IMG/VR virus record: IMGVR_UViG_3300010397_000052
Span: 1-52,821 of that record
Length of the DNA stretch: 52,821 nucleotides
Origin: a virus
Lineage: Duplodnaviria > Caudoviricetes
Reading direction: 5' to 3' (one strand)
Every line of letters starts with the position of its first letter. Positions within the stretch are counted from its first letter, which is position 1. The notes under the pieces were generated by a model, which saw only the letters and a list, made by a program, of their open reading frames with translations, searched no databases and was not told the origin of the DNA. Made by a program: the position numbers and the translations under genes. Shown here in pieces: positions 26,301 through 34,355 of the stretch.

Positions 26301-29300
26301 TCAACTGAGGTGCCAAAAATGGACAAGGCGGAGTTTGAGGCTGCCAGGGATGCCTATAGCGCGGATAAGTTTCCGACGATCCGAAAGCCATTTGCGAAAA
26401 ACGGGAAGCTTTACACGGTTGGATCGGTTTCTGGCCCTGCCGGTAAAGGTGTTATCGAGGCTCACGAATTGACGGAAGTTGCTCCGGAAACGCCCATAAC
26501 AAAGAAAGACTTTTCGACTGGAAAGCGAGGCTATGAGGGCGAGGTAGTCTCGTACAAAGGCAAGAAATACAAGCTGGGCCCAATGGAAACTTTCGAGGAG
26601 GCTCCGGCTGAAGCTTCCACCAAAGTTGTAGGACCGGAAACGAAACCGGCTGAGCCTGAGGCGACTCCGGTGCAAGCGGCCGAAAAAGAGCTTTACGACG
26701 CTGATCAGTTCACCTCGCAGGCTGCCTCCGCCGCGGAGAAAGCAACTGTTGCCTGGGCAACTCATGTTGAGGACGTCGTAAAACCTCTCAAAGAGAAGAT
26801 CCGCCAGATACAGGCGGAAGTCTCGCGCATGGAGTATGACGCGAACCGCACCAAAATAACCGGCAAGAATAAGCTCACCAAAAAGGCATTCCTCGAGCTT
26901 CACGGAGTTGCTTCCATCGATGAGGCTCAGGCTCTCTACAAAAAGAAGAATGCCGATTGGGCAGATCTCGAGAAGCAACTCGAGGAGGCAGAGGCGAAAC
27001 GCAAAGAGCTCGAGGCTGCCAAAGAGCGCCGCTCTAAAGAATGGTCTGCAGCGGCAACCCGAGCAGGCGAACTGCGCCGCAAGGTCTATCCGGACGTGAA
27101 GCAAGGCGACGTTGGCGGCCAGCCTCTCGGCCCTGAGGCGATCGGCCCTGGCTCCGCAGCGCGTCTCGAGTTTGAGGGCCCTGAGTTTGAGCCTCCGGAT
27201 CCTGGCGCTATTGGGCTCAGTGCTGGTTCCCCGTTCTACAACCGGCTCAAGGCTAAGTATCAGCACTTTTACCAGGGCATCAGCCAGCTATTCAAGCGCA
27301 GCGCTGACAAACAAATCCTGATGCAACTGGCCAATGCGGCTGACAATCTGCCGCGCCTCGCTGGGCATCGCGCCGGCCAAGGTATCAGGGAGCGCACCTC
27401 CGCCCCTGATCGCAGCGCCCTTACCTTTGTCATGCAGGCGCTCAAAATGTCCGGAGAGGGGCTCTCTGCCGAATCTGCGGAGCGCCTGGGAGAGCTCGAG
27501 TTTGCCGGGGATCCTGGCGCTTACCTGCGCACCAAGGCAACCGATATGGAAACCCTGGCGCAGCAGTTTCTCCATGAGGGCAAAAAGCTCAATGCGGAGG
27601 CTGCCATTGCGGCCGCTAAGGCGATGCGCTTTGCGATTCGCAACTTTGCGAGGCTCCGGCCGCTCGCGGATACCGTGCGCGCTCAGTTCGATAAGCAGTT
27701 TGAGCGTGAGGGAAGAGCCGGAATCTCAACCGACTACGAGAATTGGCACGTACCGCAGCGGCATGACTTGGATCTGATGACGTCCTCAGACCGGCCGATC
27801 GTCCTGGGCCATTCCCGCGCCGCCGGTACCGCAACCGGTTTCAAGAAAGCCAAGGTGTATGAGGATTACGCGACGGCGATCGAGAATGGGTTTGTGCCTC
27901 GCTCCCTCGATATCGCGGATCTGCTCGAGCACAGGGTTAACCAGGGAGAGCGCTTGGTGCAGCGTAAGGCGCTCTTTGACCGGCTCCGAGCCATGACAGA
28001 CCCTGTGGACGGTAAAAGCCTCGCGCAGCCTATCCCGCGGCGTAGCATACCCCGGCCGGATGGAACTGTTGACGTGCAAGAGCACATTCCCCTTGGGTAT
28101 CAGCCTTTCGAAGTGATTCCCGGGTACCGGATGGCTATCCATGAGGGCTACGGCCGGCTGATGCGCGCCTTAACAGGCACCTCTCAGCTTGCAGAATCGG
28201 CCGCCGTTGGCGCGCTGCAGGACATTGCCGGCATTGAAAAGCATATTTCCTTGGCTTTAGACACCTTTCACGCCTCGAGGACCATGCAGGCGGAGCTCTC
28301 GCTCACCGGCAAACTCTCCGTTGGCGCTCGCCAGCGCCTGGGCAGAGCCCTTGTCGAATACAATCTTGGCGACCTGCAGGCGGCCGTAAGTAACGGTTCC
28401 ATAACGCAGGAAATGGCCGATTACATCAAAACTCCCCGCCCAATCGAGGTTGGCGGCCGTACGATAAGGTTATCGCCTCACGCCTTGGTCCAACTTGGTG
28501 CCAGGGAGGGCTTGAATCTGGCGCGCTTTAACGATGCCCTTTACCGGGATTGGATCCGCGAGTTTCCCGTGAGCGGCAAGGTGAATAAATGGGTGTTCGA
28601 CAAGCTGACTCGCTCCGCGATCACTCACGGCTTTCTTGCTGAGTTTGAGAGGGTTGCGAAGCAAAACCCGCAACTCAATGCGACGCAGGTAGCGCGCAAG
28701 GTGGCGAGTGACGTCAATGTGCTCTTTGGCAACCTGCAGAAAGAGAGCATTTTCCGCAATCCATCGGTTAAATCCATCCTGCAAGTCCTATTCCTGGCTC
28801 CGAATTGGGTTGAGGCGCTGGTACGCCGGGAGGGGAGGGCCCTGAAACAGGTTGCGGAAATCCCCGTGCAAATCGCAAAGGGGCAACCTGTCCATTTTGG
28901 CACCGCCGCCAAGGGCATCGGCTCAGGACTGGCCGCTTACTTCGTTGGCACTCAGTTGCTGAACCTGATCACCCGGGGACACCTCACTTTCAGCAACGAG
29001 GAGAAAGGCCACAAGTTGGATGCCTGGATCCCCGACGTCACGGGCAAAACCAAGGGCTATTTCATCTCGCCGCTCTCAGTATTCGGAGAGGTAACCCATG
29101 ATATCCTTAGGTACGCCAGGGAGAAACCGGACCTATGGGCGGCCGTCAACCAGATCGGCTCAAACAAAATGGGCAACCTGGGCAGGCTCCTCGAGGTGAT
29201 GATCTCCGGCCGGGATCCGGCCAATAACGAAAAGCTCATCGGTACTGGCAGGCGCGCAATCACGGCCGCAACCCAACTCGTACCGGTACCGATCTCCCTC

Positions 29301-29795
29301 TCACAAGCCGGGAGGGCAGTGGGCTCGAAAGTGCTCCCGGGAGTCATCCCTCCGGCCGCTCCTGGCAGTGTTCAGCGCCAGATAGTGGCCAGCGCTGGCT
29401 TTAAGACTGAGCCGGCCGGGACTGCGCAGCGCCAGATTTACGCTCTGGCTGATGAATGGAAGAGTAAGAGCTCGAGCGCAAAGCTGCGTGCTGAAGTTGA
29501 GCGCCGGTTGAAAGAGGACTTTGGGCCCTCCGATTACGCGGATCTCCGCGGCGCTCTCCTGCGTGATGACCTGGGAGCGGCGCGCAGAGCTTTCGATGAG
29601 CTCCGGAAAACCAAAGAGGCACAGGTAATTAACCGCGCTCTGCGGCATCCTCACCCCTTCACCGGGAGCGCCGCCAGCGAGCGGAGCTTTATCCGATCGC
29701 TCTCCGACCATGACAAAGCGCTGTATAAAGAGGCGCTCGAGGAGAGGAAACAGCTTTACAGCCGGTACCGGCAGATGCTTAATCGGCCGGAGTAA
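23292..29795 (+). CDS. Large polyvalent/internal virion (ejection) protein, ~2,167 aa
   Basis: N-terminal PP.WE.T repeats, Pro/Glu linkers, an ART-like island, a coiled coil and a helical C-terminal region. Occupies the T7 gp16-like position. Confidence 0.75.
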   Translation: MPNDTPPTWEETQELADTAPPSWEDTSEYVEPPAPLRPQRVRSAINQTIQAVYRPLDLLTNPAVVAGSQMGQERAKRAREAQMGVVAPGSFFPVPQPLAEPTPEDKAAGMDLVRSITSVPGRVLAAGARTVRDVLSPSTYLPEDMKAPPPFVINTRGEQPELRQMTRAEEAARDPLQGPRALIPVRGTQLEPEGSEGAQLLSGLSTPDNIGIIAAGGASKIAGMALLFSMAPGIYEDVKRIASSDVSLEQKRQSINNLLIPLVLGAKGAYERPIPEAPQVSGPPALGSMLQIPEGARPPVARAAELVGPPVPGRAKFLRPEVPGTAAEPYETALATIRKANARTRKQIQALFPERRLKNEEAADLRDAAWGAQPQPEPPAAPPKWEQTEPVTRTPEDRAAMGHAQEIDAAAERQASPTQEPPLPEEPTGTTVPNPPAPPTPAGEGAVKSVPTPPADVDYTDLEQANKLSGQELVDLVRSKGSGITEASYELGAKLTPETRAKARQYEEAANAETMAVLQEAQKLAPRSLERLKASEGAFAMQQKKQLFNEAGRFYDAIQDVKNGKDLAQAAVEHGVKETDLRRVAEAAPAEAAATLAPKPGMTRLYHGEGAAEGAGAGGGWFTENPEYAAQFGKVTFVDVPKEVADAARQAARNTGTGGPHFILPDEYVKQAQPMATQPGPKTFDVTPEEPPKPNAYKVEFLHSSGEWLPEITPSTLAEARKEAARRFKSGVQIWRIRPYYGEISESSGPMGSERVIKRAIENPPEDTSEQLAAQKSDFQEQLKKTEGILAKAKREGYSGEAIKHWEDHAAKLRELIGEETAPVVETPAAPAGPDPLDRVTLAMLPLKQWMKVTKTDQLPTGYEFTMMAKRLGVKRDRKAVLEALHNEKRLREIFKPFEQPKAAAPAEELPKHQTVRDEQPEKQTQGNYVAEWLQKYPEGTKLPNGLISTEQFWKEAHHDTIENILRGRLTGIKASAVSPQALQSYPDLLALAKKKGVSIPAPSTEVPKMDKAEFEAARDAYSADKFPTIRKPFAKNGKLYTVGSVSGPAGKGVIEAHELTEVAPETPITKKDFSTGKRGYEGEVVSYKGKKYKLGPMETFEEAPAEASTKVVGPETKPAEPEATPVQAAEKELYDADQFTSQAASAAEKATVAWATHVEDVVKPLKEKIRQIQAEVSRMEYDANRTKITGKNKLTKKAFLELHGVASIDEAQALYKKKNADWADLEKQLEEAEAKRKELEAAKERRSKEWSAAATRAGELRRKVYPDVKQGDVGGQPLGPEAIGPGSAARLEFEGPEFEPPDPGAIGLSAGSPFYNRLKAKYQHFYQGISQLFKRSADKQILMQLANAADNLPRLAGHRAGQGIRERTSAPDRSALTFVMQALKMSGEGLSAESAERLGELEFAGDPGAYLRTKATDMETLAQQFLHEGKKLNAEAAIAAAKAMRFAIRNFARLRPLADTVRAQFDKQFEREGRAGISTDYENWHVPQRHDLDLMTSSDRPIVLGHSRAAGTATGFKKAKVYEDYATAIENGFVPRSLDIADLLEHRVNQGERLVQRKALFDRLRAMTDPVDGKSLAQPIPRRSIPRPDGTVDVQEHIPLGYQPFEVIPGYRMAIHEGYGRLMRALTGTSQLAESAAVGALQDIAGIEKHISLALDTFHASRTMQAELSLTGKLSVGARQRLGRALVEYNLGDLQAAVSNGSITQEMADYIKTPRPIEVGGRTIRLSPHALVQLGAREGLNLARFNDALYRDWIREFPVSGKVNKWVFDKLTRSAITHGFLAEFERVAKQNPQLNATQVARKVASDVNVLFGNLQKESIFRNPSVKSILQVLFLAPNWVEALVRREGRALKQVAEIPVQIAKGQPVHFGTAAKGIGSGLAAYFVGTQLLNLITRGHLTFSNEEKGHKLDAWIPDVTGKTKGYFISPLSVFGEVTHDILRYAREKPDLWAAVNQIGSNKMGNLGRLLEVMISGRDPANNEKLIGTGRRAITAATQLVPVPISLSQAGRAVGSKVLPGVIPPAAPGSVQRQIVASAGFKTEPAGTAQRQIYALADEWKSKSSSAKLRAEVERRLKEDFGPSDYADLRGALLRDDLGAARRAFDELRKTKEAQVINRALRHPHPFTGSAASERSFIRSLSDHDKALYKEALEERKQLYSRYRQMLNRPE

Positions 29796-29799
29796 AGTT

Positions 29800-29994
29800 A
29801 TGCCAGCCAAATCTCAAAGACAGCAGAGGTTCATGGGCATGTGCGCCCACTCTCCCGGCAAAGCCAACAAGAAATGTCCTCCGCAGAAAGTTGCGGAGGA
29901 GTTTGCTCACAAACCTCCTGGCGGGTATCAGCCGCTCAAGGGGAAGCGGAAAAAGCGGATAGTGCCGCGGCCGGATCGTCATGGGTTCTATTGA
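29800..29994 (+). CDS. Small basic phage protein (MPAKS.RQQRFM family)
   Basis: MPAKSQRQQRFMGMCAH...VAEEF, a common small phage protein N-terminus. Confidence 0.65.
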   Translation: MPAKSQRQQRFMGMCAHSPGKANKKCPPQKVAEEFAHKPPGGYQPLKGKRKKRIVPRPDRHGFY

Positions 29995-30415
29995 TTAGAT
30001 CGGCGGTTTCGGCGTACGTCTCCCATTCAATTAGCCAGCCATGAAAGGGCAGGCTATGAACAGTTGAAAAGAATCCGATCATCTCCGGCCAATCCTTAAA
30101 TCCGTCTCGCACCGCCAACCAATCGAGTCGCCTCGCGTTTCGAATTATTCGGCCGGAGAGAATCGGGAGGGTCACAATCCCGGCTTTGAAAGGTGTAAGC
30201 CTCACAAAAAACTGCGTGATCGTGATTGGCGTAACGCGCACACAAAACCGATCCCCAAGCCAGCGGCAATTCTTTGTCCTCATCCCGGTATAGCGCCTGA
30301 TTTTCTCTCCTGGCTTGGGCAGCCGGCCGTCTTTCCTGGGAGCTCTGATCGTGCTCAGTTTGGTATCCATGAGCAGCGCATCAGCAAAGCGATCCTTAAA
30401 GCCGTAGGTCATCAT
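29936..30415 (-). CDS. ASCH domain protein
   Basis: F..RF......K..TIR..R.......GE....YTGMRTK.C..LG...A..DGF..W..M..FF...GWLIEW. Confidence 0.8.
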   Translation of the reverse strand: MMTYGFKDRFADALLMDTKLSTIRAPRKDGRLPKPGEKIRRYTGMRTKNCRWLGDRFCVRVTPITITQFFVRLTPFKAGIVTLPILSGRIIRNARRLDWLAVRDGFKDWPEMIGFFSTVHSLPFHGWLIEWETYAETADLINRTHDDPAAALSAFSASP

Positions 30416-30729
30416 AACGGGAGTTGCTGTTGCCCCACCTTTACGACCTTGCGCAGGACTTGAGCGCTCGCGCCACTATCGTTTTTCCTGCGCTCCCCCG
30501 TTGGCTCGAGCTCGCCCATTTTTCTGAGCTCACTGCAGCGCGGCCGGACATTGGCCGGAGTATCCTCGATACGCCACGCGATCTCATCGGGAGTGAAATT
30601 ACCCTGATCGTATTCCGCTCTCACCTTGCGCCGGATCGTCTCAAACTTTTTCTCCCCCTGCTCTGCAGCCTCTTGACTGGTTGCGCCCTTTTGTTTGTAG
30701 CCAGGGCCCTCCGGATATTCGTTGCTCAT
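30412..30729 (-). CDS. Winged-helix DNA-binding protein
   Basis: YP..PGYK...TS.EAA ... T.DEIA......NVRPRCSELRKMG.L..TGERR.N.SG..A.V. Confidence 0.75.
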   Translation of the reverse strand: MSNEYPEGPGYKQKGATSQEAAEQGEKKFETIRRKVRAEYDQGNFTPDEIAWRIEDTPANVRPRCSELRKMGELEPTGERRKNDSGASAQVLRKVVKVGQQQLPL

Positions 30730-31100
30730 TAGTTCATCCTCTTTTTGTGCCCACTGGCGTTTTCCCATTCAACCCTGAGCTCTGAGGTGTCGCACCAATG
30801 CCCCCATTTCGCGTTGTCCCTCATTACTTCGTCCGGAGGCTGAGGCTCAATCAGTTTGTAGCGCGCTATCACGTAGAAGCCACTCGCGGCCGGTTTGGAT
30901 GCCCTGATATGGCAGAAGGAGGGCCCACCGTCTGAGAGATCCATTTTGTAAGCGTAGAGCTTTTCTCCTGGCCGCGGCTCATCGCTGAGCTCGTTAAGCG
31001 CATCGAACTTGCCGCCCTCCTCAGTAACCCTCAGCAAATAGGGAGCGCGTTTTAGCATCAGCCTTTGGCCGGCTGCAGGACCATCATTAAAGCCTGTCAT
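30729..31100 (-). CDS. Hypothetical protein
   Basis: Begins MTGFNDGPAAGQ. Coupled to both neighbours. Confidence 0.7.
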   Translation of the reverse strand: MTGFNDGPAAGQRLMLKRAPYLLRVTEEGGKFDALNELSDEPRPGEKLYAYKMDLSDGGPSFCHIRASKPAASGFYVIARYKLIEPQPPDEVMRDNAKWGHWCDTSELRVEWENASGHKKRMN

Positions 31101-31750
31101 GGGAAGTGAATTGATTTTGTGAACTGGCGGATCCGGCGAACCATCGCCGCACCCAAACTGAAATTGTACTCGAGCTCTGCCGCCGTGCTGTTGTGCGTGA
31201 ACAGGCACGGCCGCTTTGCCGTCATGCGCTTGTCCAGTAGCGCGAAAAAGATTTTCTCCTGCGGACGCGTGAGGGCCAGCTTGTCCATATCGTCAAAGCC
31301 CACAACGTCAATCCTGGCCAGCTTGCGCACCCATTCCGCCCGATGGTAGTTGCGCGCCTCAAGCTCATGCATGAAATCTGCAGGACTGAATACCTTGCAG
31401 CGACGGCCGGAGAAATGGAGCCGGTTGACGATCAGAAACAGCGTGCGGGTTTTGCCGCTATTGGGGATCCCCCAAAGGTTTAGCCCCTGGCCGTCATAGA
31501 AGCGCCATGCGAGCGCCGCCAGGGACTTCTCGAGGCAGGGCAGCTTTGCTAACTCAGTATCCTTGAAGAGCGGAGGGCAGATGTTATTCCATTCCGATGC
31601 CAGCTTAATCTTACGCAGGCGCTCACTGCGCTCTGCGTCCTGCTTGGCTGTGCACTCCTGGCAGGTAACGCCAAAGCCCACATTGCCGGCCGTGAGAGTG
31701 GGCTCAAATTCGACGTTGGTACCGCAGAGCCTGCAGGGTGCGCAGATCAT
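31097..31750 (-). CDS. DnaC/IstB-like AAA+ ATPase (helicase loader)
   Basis: N-terminal CxxC..CxxC, Walker A GIPNSGKT, Walker B GFDDMDK, F.LLDKR...RP..FTHN and RRIR. Confidence 0.85.
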   Translation of the reverse strand: MICAPCRLCGTNVEFEPTLTAGNVGFGVTCQECTAKQDAERSERLRKIKLASEWNNICPPLFKDTELAKLPCLEKSLAALAWRFYDGQGLNLWGIPNSGKTRTLFLIVNRLHFSGRRCKVFSPADFMHELEARNYHRAEWVRKLARIDVVGFDDMDKLALTRPQEKIFFALLDKRMTAKRPCLFTHNSTAAELEYNFSLGAAMVRRIRQFTKSIHFP

Positions 31751-31763
31751 TGAAAGAGGAAAT

Positions 31764-31876
31764 GCCCATCCTGGCTTGCTCCTATCGGGAGCGGCGCTTG
31801 TGGTGCACTCATGATTTCCGTTAAACCTAAGGACTTAATTTAGGAACGGGCACTCTATGAACGCGCCAGGATGAGC
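31764..31876 (-). ncRNA. Candidate structured RNA element between rusA-like and dnaC-like genes
   Basis: 12-bp closing stem (31764-31775/31865-31876) enclosing CCGTT/AACGG, CCTAA/TTAGG and GCTCC/GGAGC helices. Confidence 0.45.
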
Positions 31877-31886
31877 AAAGTGATTT

Positions 31887-32294
31887 TCAGACTTGATCGA
31901 TTTTTACGATTGTGCCGGTTCGCCCATCAGTGATCAGGGCTTGGGCGTATCGCCACCGGATCCGCTTATCCCCGTCATCGACTCCGAGGGTTGCGGCGAT
32001 TGCGTCTCGCAGGGGTTTGCAGCCAGCAGCGAGGTTATCATCGTCAAACTCTTTGTATCCAAGCCTGATGATAGTAACGACTGCGACCACCTCAGTCGCG
32101 CCGTTTTGCCGTGACTTACGCTTACTGTCCAGTGCGCGTGTTTGGTTACGTTGTAACTGGGTACATCCCACGGTACCCATACGCAGAATGTCAGCTTGGG
32201 ATCCCTTAACCGCGATTGCTTGCGCGATGAGCATTTGATTGCTGGGAGCTTGGCCGGCTTTTGTTTTTCGGAGCTCATCAAGAGTGAATTTCAT
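31887..32294 (-). CDS. rusA: RusA-like Holliday junction resolvase
   Basis: V..TIIR.....DDDNLAAGCKPLRDAIA...GVDDGD..I.W.Y.Q. Confidence 0.75.
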   Translation of the reverse strand: MKFTLDELRKTKAGQAPSNQMLIAQAIAVKGSQADILRMGTVGCTQLQRNQTRALDSKRKSRQNGATEVVAVVTIIRLGYKEFDDDNLAAGCKPLRDAIAATLGVDDGDKRIRWRYAQALITDGRTGTIVKIDQV

Positions 32295-32297
32295 TGC

Positions 32298-33329
32298 TCA
32301 GGACCATACAACTTTTTTGCCCCTGACAACCTCAGGGAGCTCTTTGGCTGCAGGAACAGGTACCGGCGCGCCGGTTGCCACTGTCTCAGGCAGCGGGTTA
32401 GGCACGGGATCAAACCCTTTGAGCGCCGCCTCTTTAATCGCAGCAACGGCCGCTTTCTGTTGCTCGAGAGTCGCCTTAGTTCCTGGCTCCGCTCCCGGCT
32501 GAGACGGGAAATGCTGGTTTACCCATTGCCAGTACTGCACCAGCGGCCGAAAACCGTACTCGTAGGTACCATCTTCGTCTACGTGCTCGCAGACCACAAA
32601 GGCACCCTCTTCGACCGTCGAAATGTACATGTTAGCGCAAACGATCGGCTTGTCTCCGTCCAGCTTCAGCGCCTTGCGGTAGGCGGCAAGTTGCAACCGA
32701 TGCTCGAGCCAAGCGCCTTTCTTTGGATCAGGGAGCCGCTTTGTGCTCTTGATATCCCAAAGCCGATAAATGTCCGTGCAATCCTGAAAGAGATCGTAAC
32801 AGCCGGCAAACCCTGGCCCCACAATGCACTTTTCCACCTCGATCACTGTGCCGTATTCCTCGAGCTTGGTGATCGCCGGGAGGATCCATTTTTCAACGCT
32901 TCCATCCATCGGCGTACCGGCAAAGTAATTTGCGATCTCATCATGGATCTGCGTGCCTCTGTCCCGGGCGATCGCCCCCTCCTGATCTTGCACTTTCTCA
33001 ACCTGCAGGATCCGTTTGGCAAAGGCATCGTCTTTCTCCCCTGGCTGCCGGGGACTGGTAAGCACAGCCAAGCAGGCTTGCTCGATCATCCAGTTCACCA
33101 GCGCCTCTTTGTGCAAGACTTTGAGGATGGTAGTCACGGACGGGAGCAGGTTGCGTGCTCGAGCATCAGCCAGATTAACCGGCCGCGGCCGGCCAGTGGA
33201 CTTGCCGATCACATCGTAACAAGGCTCTCCGGCCAGGGTATACCAATGAGAATCTTTGCGCTCCTGCAGGCGCGCTGCAGTTGCGCCAGGAGGAGCCGGG
33301 GGAACAATTCGGGGTGGAATTTCACTCAT
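32298..33329 (-). CDS. PD-(D/E)XK exonuclease
   Basis: LPSVTTIL, RGTQIH, E.....GFAGCYD, WDIKST and LQLAAY. Confidence 0.85.
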   Translation of the reverse strand: MSEIPPRIVPPAPPGATAARLQERKDSHWYTLAGEPCYDVIGKSTGRPRPVNLADARARNLLPSVTTILKVLHKEALVNWMIEQACLAVLTSPRQPGEKDDAFAKRILQVEKVQDQEGAIARDRGTQIHDEIANYFAGTPMDGSVEKWILPAITKLEEYGTVIEVEKCIVGPGFAGCYDLFQDCTDIYRLWDIKSTKRLPDPKKGAWLEHRLQLAAYRKALKLDGDKPIVCANMYISTVEEGAFVVCEHVDEDGTYEYGFRPLVQYWQWVNQHFPSQPGAEPGTKATLEQQKAAVAAIKEAALKGFDPVPNPLPETVATGAPVPVPAAKELPEVVRGKKVVWS

Positions 33330-33461
33330 AACTTTTTCTTTTTCGGTTTTGATTTTCGTTTGTACACTTTGAGGATCGTAGCTACGGATGCCAGGAGGTT
33401 GCGTGTCCCGTCGACGTTGCTCAGGTGATAAATCTCGCGGAGCTCGCTATCGAGCATCTCG

Positions 33462-33671
33462 TCACGGGATTGCGTCTAATCTCGAAACCAGTTGCGCCAC
33501 TCTTCCGCTCTTCTCTAAGTCTCTGGAGAGGGAAGCGTTGATCAGTCGCTCGTTAAGTTTAGCCTGATTTTCGCTTCGCTGTTTGAACATGACGTCAACG
33601 CCATGCTGGGAGCCAAAGCGCAAGTACCACAATTCCACGCCAGGACAAAAAACAGCGCGAGCGAATTTCAT
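33462..33671 (-). CDS. Hypothetical protein
   Basis: Tiles in the leftward early operon. Confidence 0.5.
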   Translation of the reverse strand: MKFARAVFCPGVELWYLRFGSQHGVDVMFKQRSENQAKLNERLINASLSRDLEKSGRVAQLVSRLDAIP

Positions 33672-33994
33672 TTATTTAACTGTTTTTGGAACTCTGCAGA
33701 GGCTGCCCAATCGCGCATGAGCCCGATCTGGCCCCATTGCACGGAAGAGAGCTCGAATTTCGGACGGGTAGCAAGCTCGCGGATAAATTCGGCAACTGCG
33801 CGCTGCCGATAGGCAACCGGCCAGCGCTGAACACCATCGTACCGCCCTCCTGGCAGTTGCATAGTTGCTGGCGCTGTATGGTTCCAAATCATCCGGAGTG
33901 AATTGAAAAGGTGCGAGGTGCCCATTTGGTCAACCGGGATTTTCTGCCCCGTTTGGGTCAACCAGACAAACACCTCCGCAGCCTGAGTGCTCAT
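33668..33994 (-). CDS. Hypothetical protein
   Basis: WLTQTGQKI...QMGTSHLFNSLRM, a common small phage motif. Coupled starts and stops. Confidence 0.65.
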   Translation of the reverse strand: MSTQAAEVFVWLTQTGQKIPVDQMGTSHLFNSLRMIWNHTAPATMQLPGGRYDGVQRWPVAYRQRAVAEFIRELATRPKFELSSVQWGQIGLMRDWAASAEFQKQLNK

Positions 33995-34164
33995 ATCCGG
34001 ATCCCGATGCTGCCACCGGGAACTTTCACGCGATAGTAGTACATCCTCAGGAGCGTATAATCGAACACGCCGAAAAGGATCGTGACGGTGAGTAACCCGC
34101 AAGCGAAGGCTTTCGCCGCGGCTGTGAGTCTGTCTTTGTTTGTTACCATAAAAAGGATGCTCAT
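33991..34164 (-). CDS. Small membrane protein
   Basis: One TM segment. ATGA-type overlaps. Confidence 0.5.
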   Translation of the reverse strand: MSILFMVTNKDRLTAAAKAFACGLLTVTILFGVFDYTLLRMYYYRVKVPGGSIGIRI

Positions 34165-34352
34165 TTTACTTTGTGGCATTTGATTGAGTGGCCCACCTTA
34201 AAGCCCCATTCCCATTCAAACGCTTTTTTGTTTGGAACGATGGATCTCCATTTCCGCTTTGCTTTTGCGTGACTGGAAAACACACCGCAAATTTGGTTTC
34301 CTGCGTCCTGATCGTGGCTCATTAGAACGTAGACGGATAGAGGCTTGTCCAT
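34161..34352 (-). CDS. Hypothetical protein
   Basis: VYVL.......ICGVFSSHAKA motif common in phage early genes. Confidence 0.65.
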   Translation of the reverse strand: MDKPLSVYVLMSHDQDAGNQICGVFSSHAKAKRKWRSIVPNKKAFEWEWGFKVGHSIKCHKVK

Positions 34353-34355
34353 AGC

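Noticed and set aside
31764-31876. tRNA or known ribozyme
   Set aside because: There is an acceptor-like stem and a D-like arm but no TTCRA loop or CCA, and no hammerhead, twister or pistol core that I could recognise. Kept only as an unknown structured element.
32196-33428. 410-aa + strand ORF (and similar long antisense ORFs at 4612-5532, 24342-25400, 26301-27266, 51198-52190)
   Set aside because: These are shadows of well-supported genes on the opposite strand in GC-rich DNA and carry no motifs.
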